Of a stretch of DNA of 64,000 nt, positions 1-14,603 are shown piece by piece. Under the pieces are notes generated by a model that made no database searches, was not told the DNA's origin, and saw only the letters and a program-made list of their open reading frames with translations. The stretch is from Yuukianura sp. NJ FZ-2021 (Eukaryota), in NCBI GenBank assembly GCA_046563655.1, contig CM102285.1, positions 14,446,001 to 14,510,000 on the forward strand, in the 5' to 3' direction. The stretch's first letter is position 1; each line of letters begins with the position of its first letter. The position numbers and the translations under genes were made by a program.

Positions 1-2651
1 CAGTTCACTGCCAAAAAATTAGTTCCTAGAAACATATACTAATAGTAATATGTTAGCTTGTTTCTAGGAACAGAACTTGTCATTTTTGTTAATTACTTTA
101 AAGTTAATTAACTTCGTGAGAATGACAATGTCACTTTCTCACGACACAAGGTCACTCCAGATAAACGAAACGTTTCCCGTGAGAATTGCAGGCAACAAAT
201 AAGTTGTAATTGGATGTGAAGAAGCCGTAATTCGTTATCAAACGACGACACAAAAATGGTTTACCACAGTTGCTAAATTATTGCAAAACGGATTGCTCAA
301 ACTTATATTAATTCGGTTTAGCTGAAATACCTTTGCTTCCTTCTCTTTGTCCAGGTTTTCAATAAAATCCTTAAAAATGCACTGAATTTGCTGGAATTTT
401 TGATGACTTACCATTTTGGAAGGCGATGTTGATGTTTTTTGATGTTGAGTTGCGATCTTCAACTGAAATTGTTGTAAGGTTTCTCACGTTTCTATGAGAA
501 AAGAGAAAGTAAAATTAATTGATATGCCAGGTTAGGTTACTGAAGGGTTAAGTAAACTCATTGTTCACCATATGCGACTAATGACAAATACAGTTCAAGT
601 GTAGTAAAATGTTAAAAGAATACCACATTTACGAATATTCATACGAAATCAACATTAATAACTATTCCACTACTTAAAAATGTTACTGATATTATGCTGA
701 ATTATTCCATAATTCTATCTTATTCTGTAAAAACCCACGTAACAAAATTTACCACAAAACTTGCCAAGAAATGGACTTTTTTCTTGAGCTCGTTTCTGTG
801 CAAAGTCAAAACCACAACTCTTTACTAAAGTAAAGAGAACAACAGACTGCCGATTCCTTAAAAATAACAGAATCTTCAAGGTTTGTACTTCTCGAATGCA
901 TCTTCGGAAGTGAATTGTCTGTGTAGTTGGCCAAAAGTGGAAATAGGAGCCCCCGCCCCCGGGTACGATTTACTAAAACCCATTGCCATTTACCACGCAA
1001 CCACCAGCACGTAATTCTTTCCCAAAATTCCAAATATTCCAAGGCCAAGGTCAAAACCCTCTGCCATAAAAATCTAAACCCAGACAACACAAAACAACTG
1101 AAAATAGACCAAGAACTTATAAACCCAAATGATACAAATCAATTACTACTCGAAAGCAACAAAATAACATAATGCACTTATCACTCACTACTTACTAATC
1201 ATAATCAATCAGCACCAAAGGGGTTACTCAGGTTAAGGTTAATTGTCGAACGGTTGAGCAACTGTAATAAGCTTACCTTGAAATTCTCAGCGTGCGTAGT
1301 AGAAGATTAATCGCACGTACATTCCTAACAAAACGAGTTATCAGTTCAAAAGTTAGCCAACTACTGATCTCAACTTGTTCTTCATGTAATGAAACTTCTT
1401 GAATTGGCAAAAACTCAACTCCCAAGATACAAGAAGGAGCGGAAGTTTCCCCCACACTTCGCATTTGTTGTTGTTTTTGCTAAGGGGAATATTGACCACC
1501 ACCTATCCGACCTACCTCACTTCGCACTTGCGCACTTAACATAAACAGTTAAGGTAAACAGTGCTATTTAGTATTTAGTTCATACTTTACAATTAGTTGT
1601 ATTTAATTAATTTAAATATTACCTAAAGTAAAGAAATTCCGTGTATAATGTGGGAATTGTTGTTCAGGGAGGGGTATTTCAATATAACGGAGGAGCGGGA
1701 TGTGTTTTTTTCATGTAAAAATTCCAATACTGTGGGTGGCCCGCCTTCTCCGGCAGCCAATCCCCACACACGGTTTGGCTCCGTTGAATTTGCCTATCTC
1801 TGAAATTAACGGTATTCAATGTTATTTTTCAGAAGAGTTCAACGGTGAAGGTCACAACACAAGGAGAGGCAGACTTCAGACAGCGTGGTGCCCTCCAAGG
1901 CAAATGAACTAAACCGGGCACTACTTTCAGCGTTTCAACCTTTCATCAATCCATAACCAGCCGAGCACTAAATATCGTCACTGGTCAACGTAAACAACTT
2001 GAAGAAGTTACAGAAGTTAGTTCGGAAGGTCACCGAGGTCAGGACCAATTATGTTTCATCGTAGCAAGAGGACTTACTCTAACACCGTCACTGGTAAGCA
2101 TTAACGGATAAAATATTTGCATATCATTTGATTTTCCTATAAATTCTGTGCATTAAAGTTTTAATCTAATTGATTGTTCAAAGGTGGACAGTGCATCATC
2201 GGTGGATATCAGTTTGGAGGGCATCCAACGGATGATGACATGTTGAACAGGAGAATTGATCAACCGTAGGACAAGCATTGTCACCTCACAGCTGATGTGT
2301 CGTCCGGATTCCAAAAACTGATTAACTCCGCTAATTCATCGTTTTCTAACAAATAAGTTCATCTTTTCATGTAAACCGTTTCATTTCTCACAACATTCTT
2401 TCCATCGTTAGTTTATTTCTCGTTTCTTTGGTTGTACAAAACGTAAAGGTAACGATTTTACTTAAAGCGCTTAGCAGTCATTTCACCTTCCAAGTGTCAA
2501 GTTGACTCCGTCAACTCCTAAAATTATACCTTCTTACAATTAGTAATTGCGAATACGATTCGATCAGAGCTAAGATTATAAAAATATGAGCCCAAGCTGA
2601 ACTTAATTAATCGTCTATGTTCTAACTTCTCTTCAAATAAAAACTTCCAGT

Positions 2652-5600
2652 TCATTGCAACGCTTGACCCTGGTGCTTGAGCCACTGTGCCATCAACTTC
2701 ATTTCCATTGCTTGCGAAGCAATACTTTTCCTCAGTTTAAGCAAAAGAGCAGAGTTGATGTGATTGCGTTCACCGAAATCGCATTTTGATTGGATCAGCT
2801 GATCAATCTGCACTTTTGTATCTGAAACAAAACGAAGCACAGTTTAATCAACATCAGAATGATCAGCTGTTTTTTAGTGTTTTGAAGAATACTGGCAACA
2901 TACCTTGCCAGCATTTCGTGTTGCGTCGGATAAGTGCCTCAACGTCATCAACAACATTGCTGGGTTCATAATCATCATCATTATCATCAACTCCATTTTC
3001 CTTTTGATCTTTGGATGATCGCGGTGTATCTTTTTCTTTTAGATCCAGACCAAATGTACTGCGAGATGCTGAATGGTTGCTGTTAGACGATACTTCTTTG
3101 GTAACGTTTTCAGTCAACGGTAGCACTTTTCCATCTAAACGTAATCAAAACGTTGCAATTAACTCAACCAATTAATCGACCATCCTAAGATGTTTGACAT
3201 AAATCATATCACATGACATACTTTGTAATGGAGCCGGTGACAAAGGTACTGCGGCAGCATAACTTGGAATGTACTTGGGGTAAGTTATCACTGGTTGTCT
3301 CCCACGGTGGGCCAAACTCAGGATCTTCTGCAGATTCTGTCTATTCGTGCCAATTCTACTGGAAATGACATTGGCCGTCACTTCACTGTCAGTTTCCTGG
3401 AAACTGTCCACAGTTTCACTTTTGACCGTGGCCAACAAATCAGCTGATTCCGTCTTAGTCTTCCACGGCGGTGACGGTGGGAGTGTGACAGAAAGGGACC
3501 GCATGTGACGCGGTTTCCTGTTTGAAATTGGTGGTAAAGAGTGTCGACGCCGCCGCGGTGGAACGGCCAGTAGATGCTTGGAAATGTTGTCCATCATGTC
3601 CCACGGTTTCTTGGTACCGCTCAAGTGACGACCTCGCTTCAGTCTTAGGATTCGTTCGGCCAGTTGCAGTCGCCAATTCTCTTCAATACCTGCAAAAGTT
3701 ACAAAAGTTACATACTTTTTCACGTTTAGGTCAATTTTAGAAAACTTACGGTATTTTTCAGCCTTCGAAGTCGGTTTCATGTCCAAATTGGTCATGAATT
3801 TCAAAAGTAGTGGATTGTTGGGAACCTTCTTGAGCGAAGCATCTTCAAATGCTGTTAGCAGCACATGCTTCTCTACTTTCTCACTCATCAGTCCAATTTC
3901 TTCTTTTGGTTCTCCTGGACGTAACTTGATTGGCGGCAAAGTTCCGCGGTTGAACCGACTTACAAGTATCTTCAACTCGACTTCTAGAAACACAAAAAAG
4001 TCATTAAACAATTAATCAATCAATTAACTAACCTAAAACCATGTTCAAAGATTTTCCAATTACCATTTCTCTTTTTGGGTGGTACAAGTTCCAGTCCGTT
4101 TAAAAATTCCGCTTTAGCCTGCATGTCCAACTGCTCTCGAGCAGCTTTCTCTGCCTTTTCTATCTTGAACTTAGCAATACACTTCTCCACGATTGCCTCT
4201 TCTGACAAATCTTCTGGAATTTCTGGTCCAGCATCAGCATCTTGTTCCATGCCATTTTTGTTCCTAGCTTGTCTAGCTTCTACTCCGGCACTGGATGTCT
4301 CATCGTCAATACTCTTCCCAATGCGCAGTAGTTCTTCGGTCGAAGTAGATTTCAAATTATCCGAACTTATGCTGGCAGTACTTCCACGCCTCTCCAGTAT
4401 TTCAATTCGTTCTTCATCAATTTTAGCCGGCGAAGCTTCATTGTGACGTTTAATTTCAGGCACTTTTTCCATAACAACAGCTCTTTCTGCCTCTTTTGTC
4501 ATCTCTTCAGCAGTAGTTGATGTGACAAGCACTGGTGACTTGGCTGCTGTGATACTCCGAGGTGACCTTGACATGCCACTTGGAGGTGACCTTGACATGT
4601 CGCCTGGTGACCTTGACATGCCCCTTGGGGGAGTTCTGGACACCGTGACAGGGCTCTTGGACAAAACGATTACTGAATTCCTCTCTTCTTCCACTTCTCT
4701 TTCCTTAGAATACTGAATCGGTTTTGCAGCATTAGTGGATGGTCTTAGTAGTTTTGGTTGTGGCGGAGACATATTCTCACTACATAAATTGGCAATGAGG
4801 AACCCCGAAGTATTTTTCTCTTGTTGCTGATTGGTTGTTGAAGTTCCAACGGAGTATCTCAGGGGAATTGCATTACCCACAATGTCTGTCCCAGAGCCGT
4901 GTTTGAGTACGCGCATCAAACTCAAATCCATAGCACCATTAGCATCCTCCATCACCTGTTGGCAAAAATTAAAATTTTAAAATTCAAAAATGCAAAAGAT
5001 TCAAAAACACGTTACACAACGTGAATTACTTAAAATCCAAACATATCTCGACTAACTACGTAGAAGAAAAAACACATGTGGTTCCACAATCCTACAATTC
5101 AAAATCAAATTAAAGTTTTAGCAAACAAAGCAGAAAAACTGAAATACTTTTGAAAAAACGAACATCAAATGACGAAACAGCTAAAAAAAAGGAAACTTGA
5201 CAAAAATTGTAGAATTTCAAACAAAAAATTAATATAAAAATATGTTCATGTTAAGCTCAACAAAAAATTAAAATTTCGAAACAGTTGAGGATAACACCAC
5301 AAAAATTAAATTAAAATGTCAATTAAAGCTAAAAACAGCACGACACAAGTTTTAAATTGTGAAAAAGCGGAATTTTAGCATTTAACAAGATTTACCCTGG
5401 GTCTGCCCACCTCTGCCTCATTGACAATCGCTGCCACGGAACAAACGTAGTCTCTATTCGGTTCCAGTGTTTTGGTCTGGTTGAAGTGCCTGGTCCCCCG
5501 CGGGGTCAAATCAGACGACCTTGAATTGGCAACATGCTGAACCTTGGCCATTGACATCCCGTCTCTCTCAACATTGAAACTGCTCGGCGCATGTCTCTTC

Positions 5601-8096
5601 CTGGAAACATCAACTGATGATGTCGTTTTCAGTACTGGGTTCATGGGTGCCACTTGTTGAGACTTTTTCCCACCGAGGAGCTGAGCCACATGGTGGGACT
5701 GAATTGAACTGGCAGCATTTCTGTTGTAACTTGCGTTTGAGTTTCCATTTTCTGGTGCCAGAAGAGGATGTGGGCGAGGTTGGGAGAAGTATGACTCAAC
5801 AGCATTCTTGTAACTGTAACAAAAAAAAAGTAATTGAAAATTCCAGTTACATCCAGATTTTAAAAATTTCTGTCCAAATCAGACGATTAGTGAAACCCAC
5901 CTATTTCCGGTTACGGCCAGAAAAGTTTGGTATCTGGCATAATCTGGATTGATAATTGCCGGTGGAACTTCCCATGACAGGCCACTGTTACTGCTGGCTC
6001 CACTGCTGCTCGTTCTGAGTGTCGTACTTTTTGGATCGATTGTTGTCAATTGATGTCCATAGTGATAATGACCAGCATTTGTTCCAGCCCAGGGAGTGAA
6101 CGCTCCATAACCTAAGTTATTCGCAAGAAGCGATGCTGCAGCGTGATTCAACTCCGGTTTCTGGGATTGTCTCAGCAATTCAAGGCCGTTGGCAGAAACC
6201 TTGTGCAAATCCTGAAAATTCAAAAAAAAAAATCACAACTTTTTATAAACTTGGTTGTTATTCAAAATTTTAGGATTTGCCAGGCGGAGGAAACAGGGAT
6301 CTGAATATTGCCAATACTGCTTTTGCATTGCTAATACTGTGTCCTCATTTCATTGAAATGTTATGCATACTACGTGATACACAATGGTAATGGCATTGAG
6401 ACGATACAAGGTAAGAACAGGATCTATTAATAGTCCTGTCATCAACACTGTCAACACTCTAAAAATTTCCATCACGGTAAAATACCAGGACCACTTAAAA
6501 GTCCAAAAATAGACTCTCATCTGTCAAAAATTTGCTTTTTTTTTGTCACCGTTTTTCAAAAAAATGGGGAAAAAATCAAAAAATTCAACCATCTTTCCGC
6601 TCAACATGAAATAAAATGTAGGAGATTAAATCTTTGAACATTCTTAGATGATTCATAAACTCAAAGCCTCATTTGTCTTCTTTAGCTCAATCCCGAATCC
6701 CCTGCCATTGAACTTGAACAAATCAGAAACATGCAACAGGAATTTGGTTGTTGTCAACAGGAAATGTGTTGTTGTCAACAGGATAACAGGAATTAAGTTA
6801 TGTAGGAAGTTAAGACTTACATTTTGGTTTGTAGTTGACGTGACATGCGGAGCGAGTGGAGCGACAGTGACGACTGGGACAGTGTTTCCATGGAGATGGA
6901 GTCCATGCTGTTCCAGATGACCTTTGGAAGGTGACCTGCCTAGTGACGTTGTCGTAGCTGTCTCGGTGGACGACCGATGAGGACCAGCCTGATACGGATT
7001 TTGTGAGTGACTAGCTGATGAGGTACGGGTACGAAATTCAGTGTTACTAACTGGTTTTGGTACAGTAGCGATGTTGAAGGGCTCTTTCCGTCTTGGAGCC
7101 ACCATGGGTTCCGTTGGAGGACATCGCGGCAACTACGAATGTAATTCAACAGTAATTCAGAATTCAAAAGTAATTCAATTATTCAGTAGTTCAAAGGTAA
7201 TTCAGAAGTAATTCAAAAGTAATTCAACAGTAATTCAGAATTCAAAAGTAATTCAGAATTCAAAACTAATTTAGGAGTAATTCAGAAGTAATTCGAAAGT
7301 AATTCAAGGGTAATTCAGACTGGAATTGTGTAATTCAACAGGACAATTGTGTAATTCAGTGGTTAATTACCTGGGTTTCCCCCGAGGGGAGACGTGCTAC
7401 GGTCGCCTCCATACTGTTTTCGGGTGGTGGTGGGCGTGTCATCCAATTGAAATGTCGCTTGTGAACCGGTAGGCCCCACCGATCATACTCAGCACTCTGC
7501 GCCCACAGTGTTTCTGAACAGTCGAGACAAACTACTGCCAGTGGGTTTTTGCCCAAGGTCAAACTCCCACGCGGTCTCTCTTTTGTCAAAAACGGAAACT
7601 CCTGCAAAATCAAAACAAAAACCATAATTAGAACAACTATTTTCAAAATTCTTTAAATTCTCACCGTTTTTTTTTTATTTCTCACCTGAAACGGAAGAGC
7701 TCTCACTCGTTTTCTATACGTTTCAATACCACAAACAGCACAAATGAAGTTGTTCAAAGTATAATTTCGTTCTTTCACTGGAACAATGTCTTTTTCAAAC
7801 GTTCTCCACTGGGCATCCAGTGACGCATGACAAAAAGCACACAAGTAGGCTGACCCATCCTGGAGACACATGTAAGATCCAGCAGGAGGGGACTTGATAT
7901 CGGCTAGAAACGGATAAAATGGTTTCGATTGACCTTGTGACCTTGAATGTACACGTTGAGCCCATTCCTTGGAACTGGGCATTCCACAAGTATAACAGGT
8001 CACTGTACTAAAGTTTTCACTACTACTGCCAGTACCCTTACTCACCCCCATTGTACTACTAGGAGGTGGTGGGGCTGACACAACTACACTCAACAT
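2652..8096 (-). CDS. px: Plexus/GSE1-like nuclear protein (multi-exon)
   Basis: Phase-consistent GT-AG exons of about 7686-8096, 7371-7601, 6821-7132, 5901-6211, 5396-5813, 4064-4955, 3750-3983, 3222-3689, 2904-3134 and 2652-2821. Two Cys-rich repeats (CYTCG...PFYPFL...[17 protein letters not shown]...RNY; CAVCG...FPFL...[24 protein letters not shown]) resemble arthropod Plexus as I recall it. [10 protein letters not shown], and WQ followed by a terminal coiled-coil-like segment, resemble GSE1. The start codon and last junction are uncertain. Confidence 0.6.
4554..4625 (-). repeat. Coding tandem repeat of about 21-24 nt encoding (G/D)MSRSP three times
   Basis: ggtgaccttgacatg occurs three times on the + strand; the translation is [24 protein letters not shown]. 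Confidence 0.85.
7141..7360. repeat. Intronic degenerate minisatellite (gtaattcaaaa-like, about 11-nt unit)
   Basis: Repeated gtaattca(a/g)aa units fill the intron 7133-7370. Similar gtaatt-rich arrays lie at about 24830-24890 and 41170-41365. Confidence 0.8.
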
Positions 8097-11000
8097 GTAA
8101 CACTTCAACCACTTCACTTATCACACCTTTCTGTTGATGTAATCCTGTTGATCTAATGAAGATAACTGAGATAGAACTCAAACTCCAGAAAAAAGTGAAG
8201 TACTGATTGTCGTTAGTCCGTCGTCACTCTAAAACGATGATTTTACTGAAACTGATTGAAGTGGAAGACTTGCGCCTCCGTTTTGGGTAGTGTTTGCCGT
8301 AACCCGTTTTCGTTTTTTGCATTATCTGATCCCCGTAACTCCACTAATACTGACACCCAACTGTAGTAAATTGGAATTGTCTGGCACTCTGGTTATCTGG
8401 AGCAGTACAAATTGTTTCCAGTATCACTCAATTCCTGGGGACCAGCCAATTCTTGTTCCAGGAACTGACAGTGACAGCAAATTGGCAAATTGAAGTCCGC
8501 CCCTCTTCCAAATCCGTGCAGATTTCAACCTTGCCCTTTGGAATCCAGTTTTAGGCAGACCGTCAATGACTGTTACCTAAAACACAAAAGAATGATTGTT
8601 AAAGTGTTAGATTAGTTCAAATATTCGTAGATTACCAAATCATCAGCACTCAACTGCAGAAAATTAGGTATAAACAGTAAATAGAACTTTTGTAACACTA
8701 AAAAACCACACTTATTTACATTTACATCTTACCTTAATTTCAAGCAAGTTGATTGATCAGGTTACGTCAAGTCCAAGTGCTTCCCATCTGTCAGCGCCGT
8801 TCGAACTAAATTGACCAGAGTAGTTGACGCAACAATTTTCCGGTATTAGCTGATTGTGGTCTTGTCCAGTGCTAGGTCGCTGTTTATGGTGCTTCAGTGC
8901 TAGAACGCTGTTTATGGTGTTGTCCAGTCGTCCAGTGCTAGGTCGCTGATTACGGTCACCGAAGAGTCTTCTGATTACAGTAGTTGACGATCATGCTCAT
9001 AACTTTCTGGATGGACTTCTTGTTGTCTGTTGGTTTCGTTGTGAACGTCATATGACGATGGAGGGTGGGTCGGTAGCTGTGTAGTATATTAGTTGAGAGT
9101 TGGTTGGAGAATAAGGATGGTGTTGAGGAATGCTGGCCTAGAACAGTCAAAAAAATTAATTCCTGAGTATGACGAAGCTACATGAGAAGTTAAGTTAGGA
9201 AGCGACAGTTGATGCGAGTGAATACTGACGAGAAGTGAGAAAAATCTGGTTCAGTTGAATGAAATCCAGTTTGTAACTAGAATGTAAAATGAGTGACTGG
9301 GAGGGAGGTGATAAGTAAGAGTAGTTCCCATCATCATCGTCCAACAGGACACCAAGAGCACCCTGCTCACTTAACTTTAGTACTTATGGAGTGACGAAAG
9401 ACGATGGAGTTCATGAGAACAACGTCAATTTTAAATTGACAAACAAATAACATCCCTCCACAGTCATTTTTTCCACTCCAGCAGCAAAGATATTTCACTG
9501 TAGTGAAATATCTTAAAACTGAGTCTCTAAACATTTAAGTTGCGAAGCGTATACAGTCTAAATGTCACACTCTACATCAATCATGTCATGGATGAGTAGA
9601 CGTAATGTTAATAACATAAAACGGGTTTTGATTTTGGAGACACGAAGACACGATTAGCGACGTACACAAAACGTCAAGATTTTTAGAATTTTTACATTTT
9701 CATGAGAATAACTGTAAAATCCGGGTAAGTCAGGATAGAAACTGGGAAAAACCCCACCCCTAACCCTCCTGTTGTTAAGGAAAAGTCAGAATGACCTCTG
9801 GAACATAAGTTAATTGATGAAGTTAACTTATGCGTAAAGCCACACTGCAGTTAACTTAACCAGAACCTGCTACAACACCACTTTATGTAATGTAGTACTA
9901 CTATGTACTTGGTATGATGGTTATGTTGGCGATTGACCTTGGCGAAAAGGTGCTAATTGGTTAGTGTTATTTAGCCAGAATTTGGCTGTGTTTTAGCGTA
10001 GTACGGTCAGAAGTTGCTTACTAACAACACGGGATACAAACAGTTGCTGATACAAGTGACGTCTATGCAAAAATTTCATGTTGCAAAAATTAATCTGCCA
10101 AAAGAAAAACAAATCCTAAATTCTGATATCTTTGGCACGTGTCATAATAGCAAGATCAATGCTCTGCTTATTGCAAAAACTACGTTTTGGGCTTCTGGCA
10201 CGGCGAGGTTCCATAAGGAACGTAATTTACTGAATCGGTAACGATTTTGAGCAGAATAGAATATCAACACATTCATCCAAAAACTAACAAGTTAGTTAAA
10301 GTTAAGCTTTCGTAAATCAGTTACTGATTTGTTAGGCAGAAGCGCTGATTAATCTATACGATACGCAGTTATTGCAGTTTAGTTTACTACGTGTTAGAAG
10401 TAATTAGCCCTTGACAATTGACTGTTTTCACACCTCACCTGTCCAGTCGTCCTGTGTGGCCAGTTTTATCCAGTTTGTATCCAGTATGAACCAAACTTCT
10501 TGAGTGGATGACGAGATGTTACTGTTTACTTTCTCTGTTGTGGAGGTTTCGTGTCCTTCTGGATTTCCATCCAATGACTAACTACTTTACACCTTTTGAG
10601 TCTCAATTAGCTTAAATTACAATGTTAATTCAATTAATTGCTGAGTAACGTTTTCCTTCCAACACTACTCTGTCAGCTGAATTGGAATTCCATTACATTG
10701 GAATTTGACACACTGATGATTTCAACCACAAACGTTAAATTTTAATTGAGTTTTCTATTTTTAGCAACTTTTTTTTTCAAAAAACATTTTGAATCTTGGC
10801 AGTTCTTTGTTTTTGTTTACTTCCTTGTAAGAAGTTTTAGAGGTTAGATGGCGCTCGCGATGATTTTCTTAACAGTAGACAACGCGAAGCAAGACTAATC
10901 CTTTGCTAACATTTGTAAAATTTTGAGTTCACAATTTCCAAAATCACAATTTTAAAAAATTTCCATATATTTCGATTGTTGTTTGGTTTTTTTTCGTTTC

Positions 11001-11522
11001 GTTTTTACGGGTTCTTCTGATTCAATTCGAATTTCAACCTAAGGATCTTTGCTGAATAAAACAACGTCAAAAATACGTATTTGAGAAAGGAAATAAAAAT
11101 TTGCAATTTAAATTTACAAAACGTTCGGTCCAAATGTAACACCCGAAGCATTTTAGCAATTTGCTGAACTTTGACCTTACTTTGACTCAAACAATTGAAA
11201 AAATTGAAATGCAAATTTGAAAATACTTGCGAAATAGTCATAGTATACTTTGGTAAACGTAACTGAACGGTTGATGACGGAAAAATTTATTTCTCTCTAT
11301 GTTTTTTTTGGCGGCGTAAAAGCATAACCTTAAAAACGCAGAATTTTATTTTATACAATATTTTTGGATTTCATGGCTATGACGAACAAGCACATTGCAT
11401 TGAATAACACCAAACATACAAAGTACCTCGTAACTTTTCAATCGTGAACTGTTCAAGATTACACTTTTCAAACTGTTTTATAATTTTTTCAAAAAGAAAC
11501 TTGTTATTTTCCAACTGAAACA

Positions 11523-14500
11523 ATGGGACAAAAAATTTCATCCAAAGCTGCCTGGAAAAAGAAAAAATCACGTCCCCCGCAGGCAATTCGTAAATTTAGA
11601 AACGAAGAATACCCGGAGATTATTGTTTGTGAGCAGCAACTTGACCTTTGACCTCTCAATTCCATTTCGGGTGAACAAATTTTTATAAATTCAAAATTTC
11701 AATTTCAGTTCGTAATCTTGGAATCAAAGATGAAGAGAGACGGATACTGACAGCTCCGAAAGCAATTCCAATTCCAGCCACAAAAGCGGAAACGAAAAAA
11801 CAGAGACACAGAATTTTTAGGCTTCTGGATTGGATTAGAGCTAAAATTTCAAAACTCAACTCACATCGTTTCTTTCGTGTAACTTCTGTTGACCTTTAAC
11901 CTTTGACATTCAAATTGACCTTTGACCTTTGCCCTCTCAGGTCAAGGCCAACACTTTCGATACTCTGGATGACGACAACGATGAATATGAAATTGAAATC
12001 ACAGAAAATAACTGGAACAGAAATATTCACAAGCATCTTGCAATTTATGCACTCGTCATCAGTGCTTCCAATGTCTTTCGATTTGCACATGACTGTGTCC
12101 AATACGGTGGAGGTCAAAGTTCAAATTTCAAAATTTCCAAAATCAAAATATTCCAAAATTTTCATATTTTTACAATTTACATATACAGCTGTGTTCTTCC
12201 TCGCCTACTTTTTTGTGAATATCTTCATAATTCAACCGGTAAGGTCAAAATGCTAAACTTTTTTTTTAGTTGAAAATCCAAAACTTGAATTTTTCTTTAC
12301 TCCTATTTTCTGAGTAAGGTCAAAGTTCAAAAAATTTTGACTTTCGCAGATGATCTACCTGGAAATGGTTGTTGGCCAGTTTTCTCAACAAGGCGTTTTC
12401 GGATTTGGCGCTCTTCATGTCTTTGCCCGCGGCATTCCATGGGCAATTGTGTTCATGTCACTCGTATTTGTGCCTTTCAACACGGTCGTCCTTGGTTACA
12501 CGTCCAAATATGCTTATGGCTCATTCTACCGAAAACCCGGGAATTGCACCGATTCTTGGAACGATTTGAGTAGTTGCGTCTCATACGACGACATTCGGAG
12601 GTTCCGAGTGCTGCCGAACGTCAGCTCAAAACCGATTTGGTACGAAACCAAAACACAACGCACGTCGCTCCTCTCAACTGAACTCTACTTTCGGTATAGC
12701 AGCTACCTGATATCTAAAACTTCAAAATTTGAAATTTTGAATTTCAAAATTTTGAAAAGCCAGTTCATTCTACACCACAACTGGGATGGAACGCTGGCAC
12801 ACGGCCATGGCGGCTGGAATCCAACTCTGTTTTTTGGTCTTGGATTTACATACTTTGTTGTCTTCATTTCAACAAGAGTCCGCTTGACCTCGATTCCCTC
12901 AAAGGTCAAAGGTCATAAAAATTTCTTCAAAAACTAAAATTTTGGTTCACTTTTTTTCAAAATTTTGAAACAGGTCATCATCACCGTTTCCGGTCTACTT
13001 CCGATTCTCCTTTTAGGACTTCTGATGAGCCAAATCCTTCGCGATGGAGCTCTTTCCGGAATTTTCCAACTTTTCTTTTTGCAAATTCAAGAGTGGACGC
13101 ACATCATGAATGTCAAGGTGACCTTGACCTTTGACCTCTAACTTAAATTTTATAAAATTTTGAGTTTTGCTTTGAATTTTGAAGTTTTGGAGCCAAGTTT
13201 TTCGAAGTGCTTTCCTTACTTCTGGAATTGGGTGTGGCTTGTACAGTCGAATCGCTTCAAAGAATCCATTTAACAACGACTCGCTTCATCGCACTTCTTG
13301 GTTTGTCATTTCCATTTTGATCTTCATTTGTCTCACGACCACGTTCATACTCATGGCGGAACTGGGAGCTATTAAAGCAATCTTCACAAGTAGCACTTAC
13401 AACAAAATTTTTGCAGAAGGTTTTCAAAATTTTGTAAAAGAAAGTCAAAATTTTGAAGTTGAATTTGGAGATTTACCACCTATCTTCTCAAAATTTTAAG
13501 GAACGGGCTCAAGTTTTGCAGGAATCGCTGGAGCTCTGATGATTTTTAAAAGTAGAACAGCCATCTTCATTTTCTTTGCTTCTTGCAACATTTGTGGCAT
13601 CTGGAGTCAGGTGATGACTTTTTGAAAAACTAAATTTTAAAAAGTTTGAAATTTTAAAATTTTGAAATGATACAAAAGATTGTTGCTACTGAAAACTGTA
13701 CTTCGCAAGTCGTCCACTGGCTTTCCGTTGCAACAAAAAATCAGAAAATGGCTCGATACGTGGCTCTTGCTGCCGTAATTGCTTGTCAAGCAGCTTGTGC
13801 AACGCTTGTGAGCATGGTAAGTGTGGAGGCCAATGACCTTTGACCTTGTGACCTCACATGGATCCGTACATTTTCAATTTTGAAATTTAATATTTTTTTA
13901 ATTTTGAAATTGAAAAATTTTTGAATTTAGGGGGGAGGTTTGATGCTGGATTCTTTTCTTTTTGACGGAACTTGGGCAGCAGCATTTGTGTCGTTAGCGG
14001 AAGTGATTTCAATTTCATACATGTATGGCTCCGTTTTCTTCATGATTGACATTGAACTGATGTTGAGACACTCTGCTCCTGTGCTGTTCAAGTACCAACT
14101 ACGATACTTCACTCCACTCATGTTGTTGGTAAATCCGGTTTCAAAAATTCTTGAATTTTCAGAAATTTTGATTTATGATTTTTGAAAAAGTTGTTTTTTG
14201 TTGATGAAGGTCATTCTTGTGAGTTTGTCGTACACGAACATTCGATACGGAGATGAAAAATACCTCGGAGTGATTCCGATTCCAGCGTTTCTGATCAATT
14301 GTGGATTTGCGTTCAACGCCATTCCACCTCTGCTTATCCTGGTGGTAGGATTCCTTGGAGTTCTCAAGAAACAGGTGACCTTTGACCTCTAACTTCTCGT
14401 CTTTCACCTTTGACCTTATAAAACTGTTTAAACTTTTAGGGAACGAAAGGCTTCTTTTGGTTCCCGGCCATCGATTATCTTCAACGAATTTTTACTCGAT

Positions 14501-14568
14501 TTACACACCGAAGAGGCGCAATTTTCGAAGCTTACGAGACACAAACAATGCAAGAATCTTCAATTTAA
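11523..14568 (+). CDS. Divergent SLC6 (sodium:neurotransmitter symporter family) transporter-like protein
   Basis: Exons of about 11523-11628, 11709-11878, 11941-12112, 12189-12238, 12350-12693, 12760-12904, 12974-13117, 13185-13419, 13501-13610, 13679-13816, 13931-14128, 14210-14374 and 14440-14568. Motifs NVFRFAHDCVQYGGAVFFLAY, YLEMVVGQFSQQG, CTDSWNDLSSC, ELYF, ASKNPFNND and AEVISISYMYG appear in SLC6 order. The true C-terminus is ambiguous (see findings). Confidence 0.8.
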
Positions 14569-14603
14569 AATTTCAAAATTTTGAGAATTTTGAAAAGTTG
14601 AAC

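Noticed and set aside
1668..2270. Short spliced + strand ORF (MFHRSKRTYSNTVTG/GQCIIGG...) resembling a peptide precursor
   Set aside because: Splice-like signals exist, but there is no signal peptide or convincing upstream in-frame exon.
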